From positions 448,776 to 512,775 of the forward strand of contig CP179889.1 of assembly GCA_047456315.1 (NCBI GenBank): a DNA stretch of 64,000 bases, written 5' to 3'. The notes beneath the pieces were generated by a model. It ran no database searches and was not told the origin of the DNA. It worked only from the letters and a program-made list of their open reading frames with translations. A program made the position numbers and the translations under genes. This stretch comes from Candidatus Nealsonbacteria bacterium (GTDB taxonomy: Bacteria > Patescibacteriota > Minisyncoccia > Minisyncoccales > JANBVM01). Position 1 is the stretch's first letter. Every line of letters begins with the position of its first letter. Positions 54,218 to 63,718 of this stretch are shown here, piece by piece.

Positions 54218-54918
54218 AAAAACTTGGATGCTTTTTGATGATTAACCATAATCTTACCATCTTTAATGTTTAATATCGTTTTACTATAATCAGCAATATT
54301 AGGGTCATGGGTTACAACAATAATTGTTTTTTTCTCTTTTTTATGAAATGTTTTTAAAAGTTCCATGATTTTTTTACCAGTCACTGAATCCAAATTACCA
54401 GTTGGCTCATCAGCAATAACAAGCTCTGGATCATTGGCAAAAGCTCTGGCTATGGCAACTCTTTGTTTTTCACCGCCTGAAAGCTCAGCTGGCTGATGAT
54501 TGATTCTTTTCTCCAGACCAACAGATGTTAAAAGCTCTTTTGCTCTTTTTTTCCTTTGTTCCAGTGTTTTTCCCTGAAAAATCATTGGCAGCATTACATT
54601 CTCAATAGCTGTTAAGTGGGCCAGTAAATTAAATTCCTGAAATACAAAACCAATAGTTTCCCCTCTGAGCTGAGATAGCTGATCTTCTGTTAGCTTTGAA
54701 ACATCTTTTCCCTTTAAAACAACTTTGCCTTTGGTTGGAATATCCAAGCAACCTATCATATTTAAAAGGGTTGATTTGCCAGAACCTGATGGCCCCATAA
54801 TACTTACAAAATCGCCTCGAGTAATATCGAGGCTTACTCCTTTTAAAGCTGTTAATTCTACTTTTCCTAACTGATAGACCTTCCAGACATTATTTAGTTT
54901 AATAACTTTTTCTGACAT
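54205..54918 (-). CDS. ABC transporter ATP-binding protein (MacB/LolD type)
   Basis: 237 aa. [34 protein letters not shown]. Confidence 0.9.
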   Translation of the reverse strand: MSEKVIKLNNVWKVYQLGKVELTALKGVSLDITRGDFVSIMGPSGSGKSTLLNMIGCLDIPTKGKVVLKGKDVSKLTEDQLSQLRGETIGFVFQEFNLLAHLTAIENVMLPMIFQGKTLEQRKKRAKELLTSVGLEKRINHQPAELSGGEKQRVAIARAFANDPELVIADEPTGNLDSVTGKKIMELLKTFHKKEKKTIIVVTHDPNIADYSKTILNIKDGKIMVNHQKASKFLWKK

Positions 54919-56583
54919 TTAAGGTAAAATAACTTGCTCACCCTGCTCAAGCCCAGAAATAACTTCTACAAGATTATTAGTTCCTTTAAGACCAATCTCT
55001 ATTTCACGTTCTGTAATCTGATTCTGTTCTAAAACTTGAACTGTTATTTTTCCATTTTTCTTTCTCAATGATTTTTCCGGGATAGCTAAAACATTTTCCC
55101 TCACATCAATTGTAATCATTAAATCAGCAGTCATCCCTGGTTTTATTCCGCTTGGCGCTTGTTCTAAAGAAATAGAAACTTCATAATAAACTACTCCATC
55201 AATCATTTTCTCAGCCGGGTCAATGGAAATAACTTTTCCCTTTAATCTCTCTTCAGGAAAAGCAACCAAAGAAATATCTACTGTATTGCCAACATCCATC
55301 TTAGCTACATCTTCTTCATAGATATCTACCTCTATACTAAAGGGATCAGCAGGAAGAATTGTTATCACAGCATCTTTTAATACTGATTGCACCAATTCCC
55401 CTACTCTTTTTTCAATTTTAATAATTTGTCCGTTAACAGGCGCTTTTAATATTGTGTCTTCAATCTGATTTTGTAAAAGCCAGACCTGAGCCTGAGCCCG
55501 TTTAACCTGGGCCTGATATAAATTAATGTCTTCTTGTCTTGGAGAAGCAGTTAGCTTTGCTAAATCATCTTGAGCTGCTTTTAAGCTTCCTTGAGCAGTG
55601 TTTATTTTGGCTTGATAGGTATTAATATTAACAGTATTGTTTAGTTTTGTTGAAGAAATAGTTTGCTGGGAATTAACAATGTTTGTGAGGGCTGTATTAA
55701 TATATCCTCTCTGTGTATCCAGTATTGATTTATCAGCAGAAGAAACTATGGCCTGGTAATTAGCTGTCTCGCAATTGTCCCTTATAAGCTTTAATGCATC
55801 AAAAACATCACTTAGTGCTTGTTTCATAAGAGACAAGGCAATATCAATATCTTCACTCGCCTCAGTGTCTTTAACTGTGTTTACGAATGGCTCAACTTCA
55901 TCTAAAGCATCTCTTATCTTGTCCTCATTTTCCCTTACTCTGATTGATTCTTGGTCATTAGCATAAAAATAGGTTCTCTGGATTAAATCTACAGCATTTA
56001 AACTGTTTGTTATTTTTAAATATGAATCATCTAAAATATTTAAAGCATCTTCATAAGCTGCATTTAAACTCTCTTCTCCCTGTGCTTTGATATCTTCCAG
56101 GGTTTGATTGGCAGTATCAAGAGCAATCTGGGCATTATCAACAGCAGTTTGATTGACCTGAATTTCCTGGGAAGTTGCACCAGCAATCAGTTTATCAAGC
56201 TGAGCTTGATAGAGTTGCAGGCTTGCCTGGGCTTCACTTAATTGAATACTTAACTGAGTATTTTCCAGCTTTGCTAAAACATCTTTTTCTTCAACCTGTT
56301 CACCCACGCTGATGTAAATCTTTTCAAGTATGCCCAAAGTTTTAAAACCAAGCTCAATCTGCTCTCCTTTTTTAATCTGGCCTGTTTCTGAAACATCTTC
56401 AATTACAGTAGCAATTTCAGCTTTGGCAAATTCAAGGTCATCTTGTTTCTTTTTAAAAATAGTTCTGCTAAGAATAATTACTAAAAATAAAACAATGATT
56501 ACGATTGCAATTATTTTTTTTCTTTGCATCTTCATATCAATTATTTTAACATATTTGAGACCTGTGGAAAATTGATTTACCAA
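54919..56583 (-). CDS. HlyD-family periplasmic adaptor (membrane fusion) protein
   Basis: 554 aa (the start may be an internal Met, MKMQRKK). TM anchor, lipoyl-like half motifs, long coiled-coil hairpin, beta-barrel C-terminus. Confidence 0.8.
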   Translation of the reverse strand: MVNQFSTGLKYVKIIDMKMQRKKIIAIVIIVLFLVIILSRTIFKKKQDDLEFAKAEIATVIEDVSETGQIKKGEQIELGFKTLGILEKIYISVGEQVEEKDVLAKLENTQLSIQLSEAQASLQLYQAQLDKLIAGATSQEIQVNQTAVDNAQIALDTANQTLEDIKAQGEESLNAAYEDALNILDDSYLKITNSLNAVDLIQRTYFYANDQESIRVRENEDKIRDALDEVEPFVNTVKDTEASEDIDIALSLMKQALSDVFDALKLIRDNCETANYQAIVSSADKSILDTQRGYINTALTNIVNSQQTISSTKLNNTVNINTYQAKINTAQGSLKAAQDDLAKLTASPRQEDINLYQAQVKRAQAQVWLLQNQIEDTILKAPVNGQIIKIEKRVGELVQSVLKDAVITILPADPFSIEVDIYEEDVAKMDVGNTVDISLVAFPEERLKGKVISIDPAEKMIDGVVYYEVSISLEQAPSGIKPGMTADLMITIDVRENVLAIPEKSLRKKNGKITVQVLEQNQITEREIEIGLKGTNNLVEVISGLEQGEQVILP

Positions 56584-56675
56584 ATTTCCAATTATGCTTT
56601 ACAATATACTAATACCTTAAAGGTCGAATGCAATTGTCTTTGCTTTAAGAAATATAATCATTATTTTATTTTAAT

Positions 56676-56996
56676 ATGGTAGACATAGCCACCTTACTCA
56701 AAGTCTCCCAGATGAAGTGGATTATTACTCTGATTGCAGTTGATGTTTTACTAGGAATTGTTGCTTCTCTTATGAGAAAGGATTTTCGTTTAGGAAAAAT
56801 TGCTAATTTCATGTTTAAACCTGTTTTAGCATATGTTCTTGGTTTTGGAATCTTGCTTTTGGTCCCTAGCGCAATACCTTCACTAGCCATGATAACTCAA
56901 GCTGCATATATTCTTGTAATCTTGGCCTTAACTGGCTCAATTTTAAATAATCTATCTAGATTAGGATTAAAATTGCCCTCGTACTTGAGAAAATAA
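56676..56996 (+). CDS. Holin-like small membrane protein (tentative)
   Basis: 106 aa with 3 TM helices. IAVDVLLGIVASLMRKDFRLGKIANF resembles the phage_holin_4-type pattern. Confidence 0.4.
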   Translation: MVDIATLLKVSQMKWIITLIAVDVLLGIVASLMRKDFRLGKIANFMFKPVLAYVLGFGILLLVPSAIPSLAMITQAAYILVILALTGSILNNLSRLGLKLPSYLRK

Positions 56997-57011
56997 TCGG
57001 GAGCGAATAAT

Positions 57012-57042
57012 AAAAAACACCGCCTGGATCGCGGTGTTTTTT
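57012..57042. terminator. Bidirectional intrinsic terminator
   Basis: Stem ACACCGC (57017-57023) / GCGGTGT (57031-57037), with A6 upstream and T6 downstream. Confidence 0.65.
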
Positions 57043-57058
57043 GTTCTCTTAAGGAAAT

Positions 57059-57391
57059 CTAAATCTTTCTTTTTTTAAAAAGAATCCTGTGCCAATCAGC
57101 ATAATTAAAAATTCCCTGAAAGATTATACCTCCTATAAACCCATAGAATAACTGATCCATCAAAGGAGAAACCTCGTATAGAAAAATTAGTCCTAAAGCT
57201 AAGGCGCCCATTAACCAATGATGAAAATGAAACTTAAAACTCCCAATACCAAAAACTACAGAGCCAATCTTTCCAGATAAAAAGCGGGCCAGCAAATAAC
57301 CAAAAACTCCTCCAAAAAAAATCTTCAAAGATAATAAAGCTACAGGAACTCCTAATAAGAATTTGGGTAATTTTAGTTTAAATTTTTTCAT
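57059..57391 (-). CDS. Small membrane protein
   Basis: 110 aa with 3-4 TM helices. Confidence 0.55.
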   Translation of the reverse strand: MKKFKLKLPKFLLGVPVALLSLKIFFGGVFGYLLARFLSGKIGSVVFGIGSFKFHFHHWLMGALALGLIFLYEVSPLMDQLFYGFIGGIIFQGIFNYADWHRILFKKRKI

Positions 57392-57475
57392 GAATTAATT
57401 TTACAATAATTGGAATAAATTATCAAATTCCGGCACAGGGGCTCGTAGAGGATGTCGAAACTATTTTAATATAAA

Positions 57476-58450
57476 CTACAATCTAATTTCTTTCTCTAAC
57501 CATTCAATGTGCTGGGTTTTTCTTTTCCAGAAAACATCTTCCCAAATATAATGAAAAGCTAATTTTTCCCAACCAGCGTATCTTTTTTTAAAAAAATTAA
57601 GAATCCTTTTAGCAGAAACTAATTTCTTGTTAAATAACAATTTAGACATTATTTTCTGCTCCCAAGGAGGAATAGTTTCTAAAGCATCATAATGATAAAA
57701 ATCTTCGAACAACAAATATTCTACAGAAGCTGGCCCAATTCCATAAAGTTTTAAGGCTTGTTTTTTTAATTCCTCCCTATCCATTGTTCTCATTTTAAAT
57801 TCATTAATTGCGTGTTTTTTAAATTGTGAACTCATACTTTTTAAAAACTTAGCCCTATAACCCAATTTCAAATCTCTTAAAACTTGTTCTAAAACTTTAT
57901 CTATTGCTTTTGGTTCCCAAAAAGTAGAAAGCGTTTTGTTATTAAACTTTACTTTTTTACCAAATCTATCAAATAAATTCTCAAGCATTTGAACAGAACG
58001 CCTAACAATAGCATTTTGTAAAACAACGTATATAATAAGAGTTTCATAAAAAGAATTAGCAGCCGCTGGCTTCATTCCTTTCCATTTTTTAATTAAAGGA
58101 CTCAAGAATTTATCATTTTTAAATTTCTTTGAGAATTCAGAAATATCTGATTTCAAATTAAACCTCCATTCTACTTCTTCAATTAAGCTTTTTTTATATT
58201 TTTCTGATAAAGCTTCTTTAGAATACACATTAAGCTTTATCTTTGGACTATTCACTATTCCTTTATTCTCAAATTTTAATCCTAAGTACTCCCCTTTCCA
58301 TAACATTGTTATCCAATATTTTCCCTTAGACCAATCATTATCTGATGAGGGAAAATGAGATGGCTTATGTACGGTTGCATTAAAATTATATGGAGAAACA
58401 GGATTTAATATAATTGAAAAACTTTTTTTCAGATTAATTATCTTTTTCAT
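57476..58450 (-). CDS. HhH-GPD superfamily DNA glycosylase (AlkA/Ogg-like)
   Basis: 324 aa. Helix-hairpin-helix LYGIGPASVEYLL followed by an acidic residue region. Size and architecture are typical. Confidence 0.65.
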   Translation of the reverse strand: MKKIINLKKSFSIILNPVSPYNFNATVHKPSHFPSSDNDWSKGKYWITMLWKGEYLGLKFENKGIVNSPKIKLNVYSKEALSEKYKKSLIEEVEWRFNLKSDISEFSKKFKNDKFLSPLIKKWKGMKPAAANSFYETLIIYVVLQNAIVRRSVQMLENLFDRFGKKVKFNNKTLSTFWEPKAIDKVLEQVLRDLKLGYRAKFLKSMSSQFKKHAINEFKMRTMDREELKKQALKLYGIGPASVEYLLFEDFYHYDALETIPPWEQKIMSKLLFNKKLVSAKRILNFFKKRYAGWEKLAFHYIWEDVFWKRKTQHIEWLEKEIRL

Positions 58451-58498
58451 AATTATACTTTACCAAAAAACCGCTCAAAGAGCGATTTCCTGAAATTG

Positions 58499-58572
58499 CA
58501 GGGGCGGAGGGACTTGAACCCCCAGTATGCTTCTTTTGGAGAGAAGTGGTTTGCCAGTTAACCGACGCCCCC
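58499..58572 (-). tRNA. tRNA-Trp (anticodon CCA)
   Basis: Acceptor GGGGGCG/CGCCCCT (G1-U72), D arm GGTTAACTGGCAAACC, anticodon stem CTTCT/AGAAG with loop CTCCAAA, T arm GGGGG-TTCAAGT-CCCTC. Terminator hairpin follows at about 58458-58490. Confidence 0.88.
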
Positions 58573-58592
58573 TTATTAGTCAAAATATTATC

Positions 58593-58943
58593 CTATTTTT
58601 CCTCTTCATTCCAGTCTATTCTTGTTCCGCCTCTTCGGGCATTTTTAAAATCAAATCCTTGAGGATATCTTTTTTTAAGCTTTTTAATATTTTCTTCTAA
58701 AACTTCTTCTAAGTCCCAGTCAAAAAAATTACAAATCATTGCAACATACCACATCGTATCTCCAAGATTTTCTTTTATACCGTCTGTCTGGTCGTTGTTA
58801 TGGGAAAAGGTTTTCTTAATACAGCCAGCAAGATCTCCTGCTTCACCCGCAATGCCCAAACCCCAGGTTAGTATTTCTTTTTCTTTGTTCTTGAATTTTT
58901 GTCCAGTTGTTTTACAAAGCTTCTGGTATTCTTTTAAATTCAT
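58593..58943 (-). CDS. MazG-like nucleoside triphosphate pyrophosphohydrolase
   Basis: 116 aa. GIAGEAGDLAGCIKK and LGDTMWYVAMI...EEVLEENIKKLKKRY. Confidence 0.8.
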   Translation of the reverse strand: MNLKEYQKLCKTTGQKFKNKEKEILTWGLGIAGEAGDLAGCIKKTFSHNNDQTDGIKENLGDTMWYVAMICNFFDWDLEEVLEENIKKLKKRYPQGFDFKNARRGGTRIDWNEEEK

Positions 58944-58948
58944 ATGAA

Positions 58949-59113
58949 TTATTTTTTTGATTCTTTATGGACTGTGTGTTTTCTACACCACTTACAATAT
59001 TTTTTCAACTCTAATTTTTCTCCAATCATTTTCTTGGATTTTTGTGTGTAATAATTAATCCTTTTACATTCTTGACACTTCATTTTTACTAATTGTTTTT
59101 TCTTTTTTGCCAT
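58949..59113 (-). CDS. rpmG: 50S ribosomal protein L33
   Basis: Unlisted 54-aa [57 protein letters not shown], with the L33 zinc-ribbon pattern. Confidence 0.88.
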   Translation of the reverse strand: MAKKKKQLVKMKCQECKRINYYTQKSKKMIGEKLELKKYCKWCRKHTVHKESKK

Positions 59114-59138
59114 ACTTATAATATTTGAATTAATTATG

Positions 59139-59211
59139 AGCCGAGAACGAGGATCGAACTCGTGACCTTTTCTTTACCATAGAAATGCTCTACCAACTGA
59201 GCTATCTCGGC
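59139..59211 (-). tRNA. tRNA-Thr (anticodon GGT)
   Basis: Acceptor GCCGAGA/TCTCGGC, D arm GCTCAGTTGGTAGAGC, anticodon stem TTTCT/AGAAA with loop ATGGTAA, T arm ACGAG-TTCGATC-CTCGT. Confidence 0.9.
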
Positions 59212-59219
59212 ATCATAAG

Positions 59220-59301
59220 TGGGTGGTGAGGGACTTGCACCCCCGAAGTCCGAAGACGTCAGATTTACAGTCTGATGCGATAGCTGCTCCGCCAACCACC
59301 C
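59220..59301 (-). tRNA. tRNA-Tyr (anticodon GTA), long variable arm
   Basis: Acceptor GGGTGGT/ACCACCC, anticodon loop CTGTAAA, variable arm CGTCTTCGGACTTC, T arm GGGGG-TGCAAGT-CCCTC. Confidence 0.9.
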
Positions 59302-59444
59302 TATTTCAGAATCATTTTAACACAAATTAATTCTTTTTTCCATCCTTAAAATATTAATATTTTATCATTGATTTTCATAAAAAAAATAGGACTATTAAGT
59401 CCTTTTTTGAAAGAGAGGGAGGAAATAAGGCCTAAGCCCCACCA

Positions 59445-61670
59445 TTAGTGTTTTCTTTTCAAAACCACGATTACAACCATTGCAATAATTGCAATAATCG
59501 GCGCAAAAAGTGGAAACGCTACACCTATAGAAGCTGGATTCCCAGAATTATCATTGTTGTTTACGGTCACAATCACCGTATCTGTAGCAGAATTACCAAG
59601 TAAATCCCGAACAACAATTGTATAATCATATGAACCAGAAAGTAATCCATCGACATTAATTGTTATTGGAATGCCAGAAGTCCAAACACCAGAAGTAATT
59701 TCTATGTCATTTCTGTAGATAGTATAGGTGTGAGGATTGTCATCGGTAACGAACCAAGTTATGTTGTGATTTGTTGTTCCTTGTTTATAAGTGATGTCAT
59801 CAGGGCTGTCCAGAACCGGAGGAATAGTATCTCTCACAACAATTACTACAGGAACAGAAACCGACACATCTCCATCAATATCAGTTACGGTTAGGATCAC
59901 TGTGTATTTTCCAGGAACAGTAAACTGATGCACTGGGCTCTGAACAGTCGAATTTGCTAAACTATCTCCAAAGTTCCATTGGTAAACTAATGGCATCTTT
60001 CCACCAGTAGTTGTATCATTGAATTCGACACTCTCACCCGCTGCAATATCTGTAGCATTGACGCTAAAGGATGCTATCAAAATCAGAATACAAGTATTAT
60101 TGTATATATTGTTGTTTTCTCCGAAGTCCTTTAGACACCCATCACTGTTTTTTATCAAAGAATTACTAAAAATCTCGTTGTAATCGGAAGAACTAAGATA
60201 GATACCGTAACCAAAGTTCCTTGCGCAGATATTTTCAGTTATGATGTTGTAGTCGGAAGCCCAAAGATGCATGCCATCATTATCGTTGCCTGTACAATTA
60301 TTCCCTGTTACGATATTGTAGTTGGAAAAGTGGAAATAAATACCATTATTAGAATTCCCTGTACAATTGTTTCCAGTGACAGTGTGGTAACCCTGGTTTC
60401 CTAAGAAAATACCGCTGTCACTATTGTTCATGCAGTTATTTTTCCTTACCGTGTTATTATAACCCCCTACAGAGATACCGCTATCATAAATACCCTCGCC
60501 ATTATCCGTGCAGTTATTCCCCATAACAGTATTGTGACTAGACATCTCAAGAAGGACACCATCATTAGAGTTCATTGAACAGGTGTTGCCAGTTATATTA
60601 TTATAGTCAGAATCCCAATAGAAATGAATACCAGCACCAGAATTCCCTGTACAATTGTTTCCAATAACAATGTTATAACTTGAACTCTTGCCATAGATAC
60701 CAGCTTCATAGTGAATACCACGATTGCCCGTGCAGTGATTGCTTCTTAGGATATTATGGTTAGATTCTTTAAGATATATGCCGCTGTCAGAGTTCCTTGC
60801 ACAGGTATTTTCAGTCAAGATATTGTGGTTAGAATAATAGTAGAGATAAATACCATAACCATTATCTGTGCAGATGTTGTCTGTTACATTGTTGTAGCCA
60901 GAGTAGTGAAGATAGATGCCGAAATAATTGTCTGCGCAGGTGTTGTTAATTATAGTGTTGCAGTTAGAGTATTCAAGAAGGATGCCGTAACGATAATTAT
61001 TTGTGCAGGTGTTGTTGATTATAGTATTATTGTTGGAGCAGTAGAGATAGATGCCGCGATGATCATTGTATGCGCAGATATTGTTAACTACAGTGTTATT
61101 GTCGGAGTAGTAAAGATAGATGCCGGAACCATAATTGTTTGCATAATTGTTTACACATGTGTTGTTAACTATAATGTTACAGTTGGAGTAGTATAGAAGG
61201 ATGCCGTAATAACCATTATCTTTATTTTTGCAGGTGTTGTTGATTATTGTCCCGTTTCCTACATAATGCAATCCAATTCCTGCACCTCCATAATTAAAAA
61301 CTGTACAGTTCTCAATTCGGAAGTATTCCATAGTATTATTGATGAAAATACCGTATTCACTGCTGGCGTTAATAACCAAATCTTGGATAATATACGGATC
61401 GTTGTAGGTGCCTGAACCAGTACACCAATCGTATGTTGCACACGTCTCAGACCAATTGCCATCCACATAAATTCCAGTATTAGTAATCGTGCTCATAGAA
61501 GGAATCTTAGTAATCGTAAATCTAGATACGTCTGTAGAACTTTCAACAATGTTCCCTATCGGATAACCAATAGGTATCAACAGAAAAAGCATTATCATAG
61601 TCCATAGAAGCGCTATTTCACCAATGTTTTTTCCTCTTATCTTTCTTATTAGTTTTTTCAAAATTATCAA
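59445..61670 (-). CDS. Large surface protein: right-handed beta-helix (PbH1/NosD-like) repeats, PKD domain, Ig-like domain, C-terminal TM anchor
   Basis: 741 aa. Signal anchor, then more than 15 repeats of the type NNTC..N...GI.L..S..N.I..N. PKD block YQWNFGDS...HQFTVPGKYTVILTVTD. C-terminal hydrophobic helix plus KRKH. Very rich in N-x-S/T sequons. Confidence 0.8.
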   Translation of the reverse strand: MIILKKLIRKIRGKNIGEIALLWTMIMLFLLIPIGYPIGNIVESSTDVSRFTITKIPSMSTITNTGIYVDGNWSETCATYDWCTGSGTYNDPYIIQDLVINASSEYGIFINNTMEYFRIENCTVFNYGGAGIGLHYVGNGTIINNTCKNKDNGYYGILLYYSNCNIIVNNTCVNNYANNYGSGIYLYYSDNNTVVNNICAYNDHRGIYLYCSNNNTIINNTCTNNYRYGILLEYSNCNTIINNTCADNYFGIYLHYSGYNNVTDNICTDNGYGIYLYYYSNHNILTENTCARNSDSGIYLKESNHNILRSNHCTGNRGIHYEAGIYGKSSSYNIVIGNNCTGNSGAGIHFYWDSDYNNITGNTCSMNSNDGVLLEMSSHNTVMGNNCTDNGEGIYDSGISVGGYNNTVRKNNCMNNSDSGIFLGNQGYHTVTGNNCTGNSNNGIYFHFSNYNIVTGNNCTGNDNDGMHLWASDYNIITENICARNFGYGIYLSSSDYNEIFSNSLIKNSDGCLKDFGENNNIYNNTCILILIASFSVNATDIAAGESVEFNDTTTGGKMPLVYQWNFGDSLANSTVQSPVHQFTVPGKYTVILTVTDIDGDVSVSVPVVIVVRDTIPPVLDSPDDITYKQGTTNHNITWFVTDDNPHTYTIYRNDIEITSGVWTSGIPITINVDGLLSGSYDYTIVVRDLLGNSATDTVIVTVNNNDNSGNPASIGVAFPLFAPIIAIIAMVVIVVLKRKH

Positions 61671-61799
61671 CTCCTTTTTATTTTTTAAAAGATCAAGCTC
61701 AAGTTATTTTTTAAATGAGCCAATATTGTACTATGCAAGAAATCAAAAACCTTGTCAATATCGCGACAAGGTTGAAATTAATGCTTTTTTCAAAATAAA

Positions 61800-61858
61800 A
61801 ACTTGATTCAAATAAGGCGAGGAATCAAGTTTTAGGACAGGTTAAGCCTGTCCTAACC
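61800..61858 (-). terminator. Tandem hairpins after trmD
   Basis: TAGGACAGG/CCTGTCCTA and CTTGATTC/GAATCAAG stems; the second is followed by T5 on the minus strand. Confidence 0.5.
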
Positions 61859-62587
61859 TTATTGCTGACTACCTATTGCTTTTTTATATTTATCTCTCCA
61901 CTTTTCAATTTCTTTGTGATTTCCTGAGATTAAAACTTTTGGAATTTTCCATTTTTTAGGGCTTTTTACTTTAATGCTGGCTTTTGGTTTAAAAACCTCA
62001 GGTCTTGTATATTGAGGATATTCAATAAATCCTTTTTCTTTTGTGATTCTTTCTTTTAAAAGCTCTTTTTTTCCTAAAACTCCGGGAATCAATCTTGAAA
62101 CAGATTCAATAACAACCATTGCTGGCAGCTCTCCTCCCATTAAATCATAATCCCCTATAGATAATTCCATATCAGCAATATGTTTAGCCACTCTTTCATC
62201 AACACCCTCATAACGCCCGCAAATCATAATAATCTCATCAAGCTTGGATAAATTATAGGCTAATTTCTGATCAAGCTTTTTTCCCCGAGGCGTAAAAAGA
62301 ATAATCTTTTTTTTCTTAGCTTTTGATTTTTTTAAAATTTCCTCTACAGCTTTAAAAATTGGCTCAACTTTAAAAACCATGCCCAGTCCCCCGCCATAAG
62401 GCCTGTCGTCAACTGTTTGATGTTTATCAGTGGTCCATTTCCTTAAATTATGAACCTTAATTTTGATAAGCTTCTTTTTCAAAGCCCTGTCAATTAAACT
62501 ATCTGATAAATAAGAGTTAAATATATCAGGGAAAATTGTAATTATATTAAATTTAATCATATTTTTAAACAAAAACAGCACTATCAC
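61859..62587 (-). CDS. trmD: tRNA (guanine37-N1)-methyltransferase
   Basis: FNIITIFPDIF, DDRPYGGGLGMV, CGRYEGVDERV, GDYDLMGGELPAMVVIESV. Likely start at the internal Met (MIKFNII). Confidence 0.92.
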   Translation of the reverse strand: MIVLFLFKNMIKFNIITIFPDIFNSYLSDSLIDRALKKKLIKIKVHNLRKWTTDKHQTVDDRPYGGGLGMVFKVEPIFKAVEEILKKSKAKKKKIILFTPRGKKLDQKLAYNLSKLDEIIMICGRYEGVDERVAKHIADMELSIGDYDLMGGELPAMVVIESVSRLIPGVLGKKELLKERITKEKGFIEYPQYTRPEVFKPKASIKVKSPKKWKIPKVLISGNHKEIEKWRDKYKKAIGSQQ

Positions 62588-62629
62588 ACTAATAATAGCA
62601 CTGCTTTTGTTAGTAGTAAATCTTTAGAT

Positions 62630-62944
62630 TTACAATTTCAAATCACTGAGTTCTTCTCCGGCTGATGGAGCTTTTCTCTCTCGAGCACGAGACCCTTCTG
62701 GTTCTTCAATCTTTAAGTTCACTCTAGCGTGATTCTTAAGACCAACAATTCTAACCAGGTTTCTAATAGCTCGAGCAGTAGATCCAGCCTTACCAATAAT
62801 CTGACCCATGTCTTCAGGGTTTACTTTCAAAGAAAGTAAAACTCCCATTTCATCAACCTTACGGTCAACTTTAACATCATCTGGGTTATCAACTAAGGCC
62901 TTAACAATAAACTCAAGAAATTCTTGATCGCTTGATTTTGCCAT
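62630..62944 (-). CDS. KH-domain RNA-binding protein (YlqC/UPF0109-like)
   Basis: 104 aa. GxxG loop IIGKAGSTARAIR. Conserved position between rpsP and trmD. Confidence 0.8.
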   Translation of the reverse strand: MAKSSDQEFLEFIVKALVDNPDDVKVDRKVDEMGVLLSLKVNPEDMGQIIGKAGSTARAIRNLVRIVGLKNHARVNLKIEEPEGSRARERKAPSAGEELSDLKL

Positions 62945-63146
62945 ATTATCAATCAGTAAAAATTTTTCTTTCAGTAGCCCGACCTTTCAGCCTACTTCTC
63001 CATCAATCATTCGGAGCATCGGCCAAACAGATATATTTGCTACTTATTTAAAATTTTAATGATTTTAAGGATTTTGTCAATGGCTATTGAAAACATAAAA
63101 GCTCGTTATAAAAACGAGTTTTATGCATGAGCTATTTGTAAAAAAA

Positions 63147-63713
63147 TTATTCTTTTTTCTCTTCTATTTCTTCGGGTTTTGATTCTTTTTCAGACTCTTC
63201 TTTCTTCTCCTCAATTTTTTCTTCTGCTTTCTCTTCCTCAACTTCTTTCTCTTTCACTTCTTCTTTTTGCTCTGGAGCTTCCTTTCCTGGCTTTTCTACT
63301 TTAGGTTCAGGTTCCTTTTTTCCCTCTTCAACCTTTTCTTTTTTTGGTTCTTCAGCTTTTTCTTCCTTTATTTCTTCTGGCTTCCCTTCATCTTTTTTAG
63401 CTTCAGCTGAAACTGGAACTTCTTCTTTTTTCTCTTCTTTTTTCTTTGACTTTTTATGCTTTGATATTTTTTCTCCTTCAATAATCTTTTCTGAAACCAG
63501 TAAATTATGAACGGTTTCTGATGGCTGAGCGCCGACTGAAAGCCAATATTTAATTCTTTCTTTTTTTAAACCCTTTTGCTTGATTAATGGATTCCAAAAA
63601 CCAACCTCTTCTACAAAGCGACCGCTCTTGGGAGGGTTTTTCTTATCAGTTACAACAATTTTAAATGCTGGCTGATTTTTTTTACCTATTCTAAATAATC
63701 TAATAACTAACAT
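63147..63713 (-). CDS. rpsP: 30S ribosomal protein S16 with a ~100-aa Lys/Glu-rich C-terminal extension
   Basis: N-terminus MLVIRLFRIGKKNQPAFKIVVTD...GFWNP is S16. The tail is a KKEEKKEE-type low-complexity sequence. Confidence 0.9.
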   Translation of the reverse strand: MLVIRLFRIGKKNQPAFKIVVTDKKNPPKSGRFVEEVGFWNPLIKQKGLKKERIKYWLSVGAQPSETVHNLLVSEKIIEGEKISKHKKSKKKEEKKEEVPVSAEAKKDEGKPEEIKEEKAEEPKKEKVEEGKKEPEPKVEKPGKEAPEQKEEVKEKEVEEEKAEEKIEEKKEESEKESKPEEIEEKKE

Positions 63714-63718
63714 ATTTT

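Noticed and set aside
59900-61300. Periodic ~66-69 nt DNA repeats, considered as a CRISPR-like or tandem-repeat array
   Set aside because: The periodicity follows the 22-23-aa PbH1 beta-helix repeat of an intact 741-codon ORF. The repeats are imperfect with no unique spacers. Listed internal ORFs 60756..61196 and 61259..61468 are shadow frames.
62945-63146. Possible structured RNA between rpsP and the KH-protein gene
   Set aside because: I could only find a terminator-like hairpin (AAAGCTCGTT..AACGAGTTTT) and a weak 5-of-6 bp stem. This is not enough evidence for a distinct RNA element.
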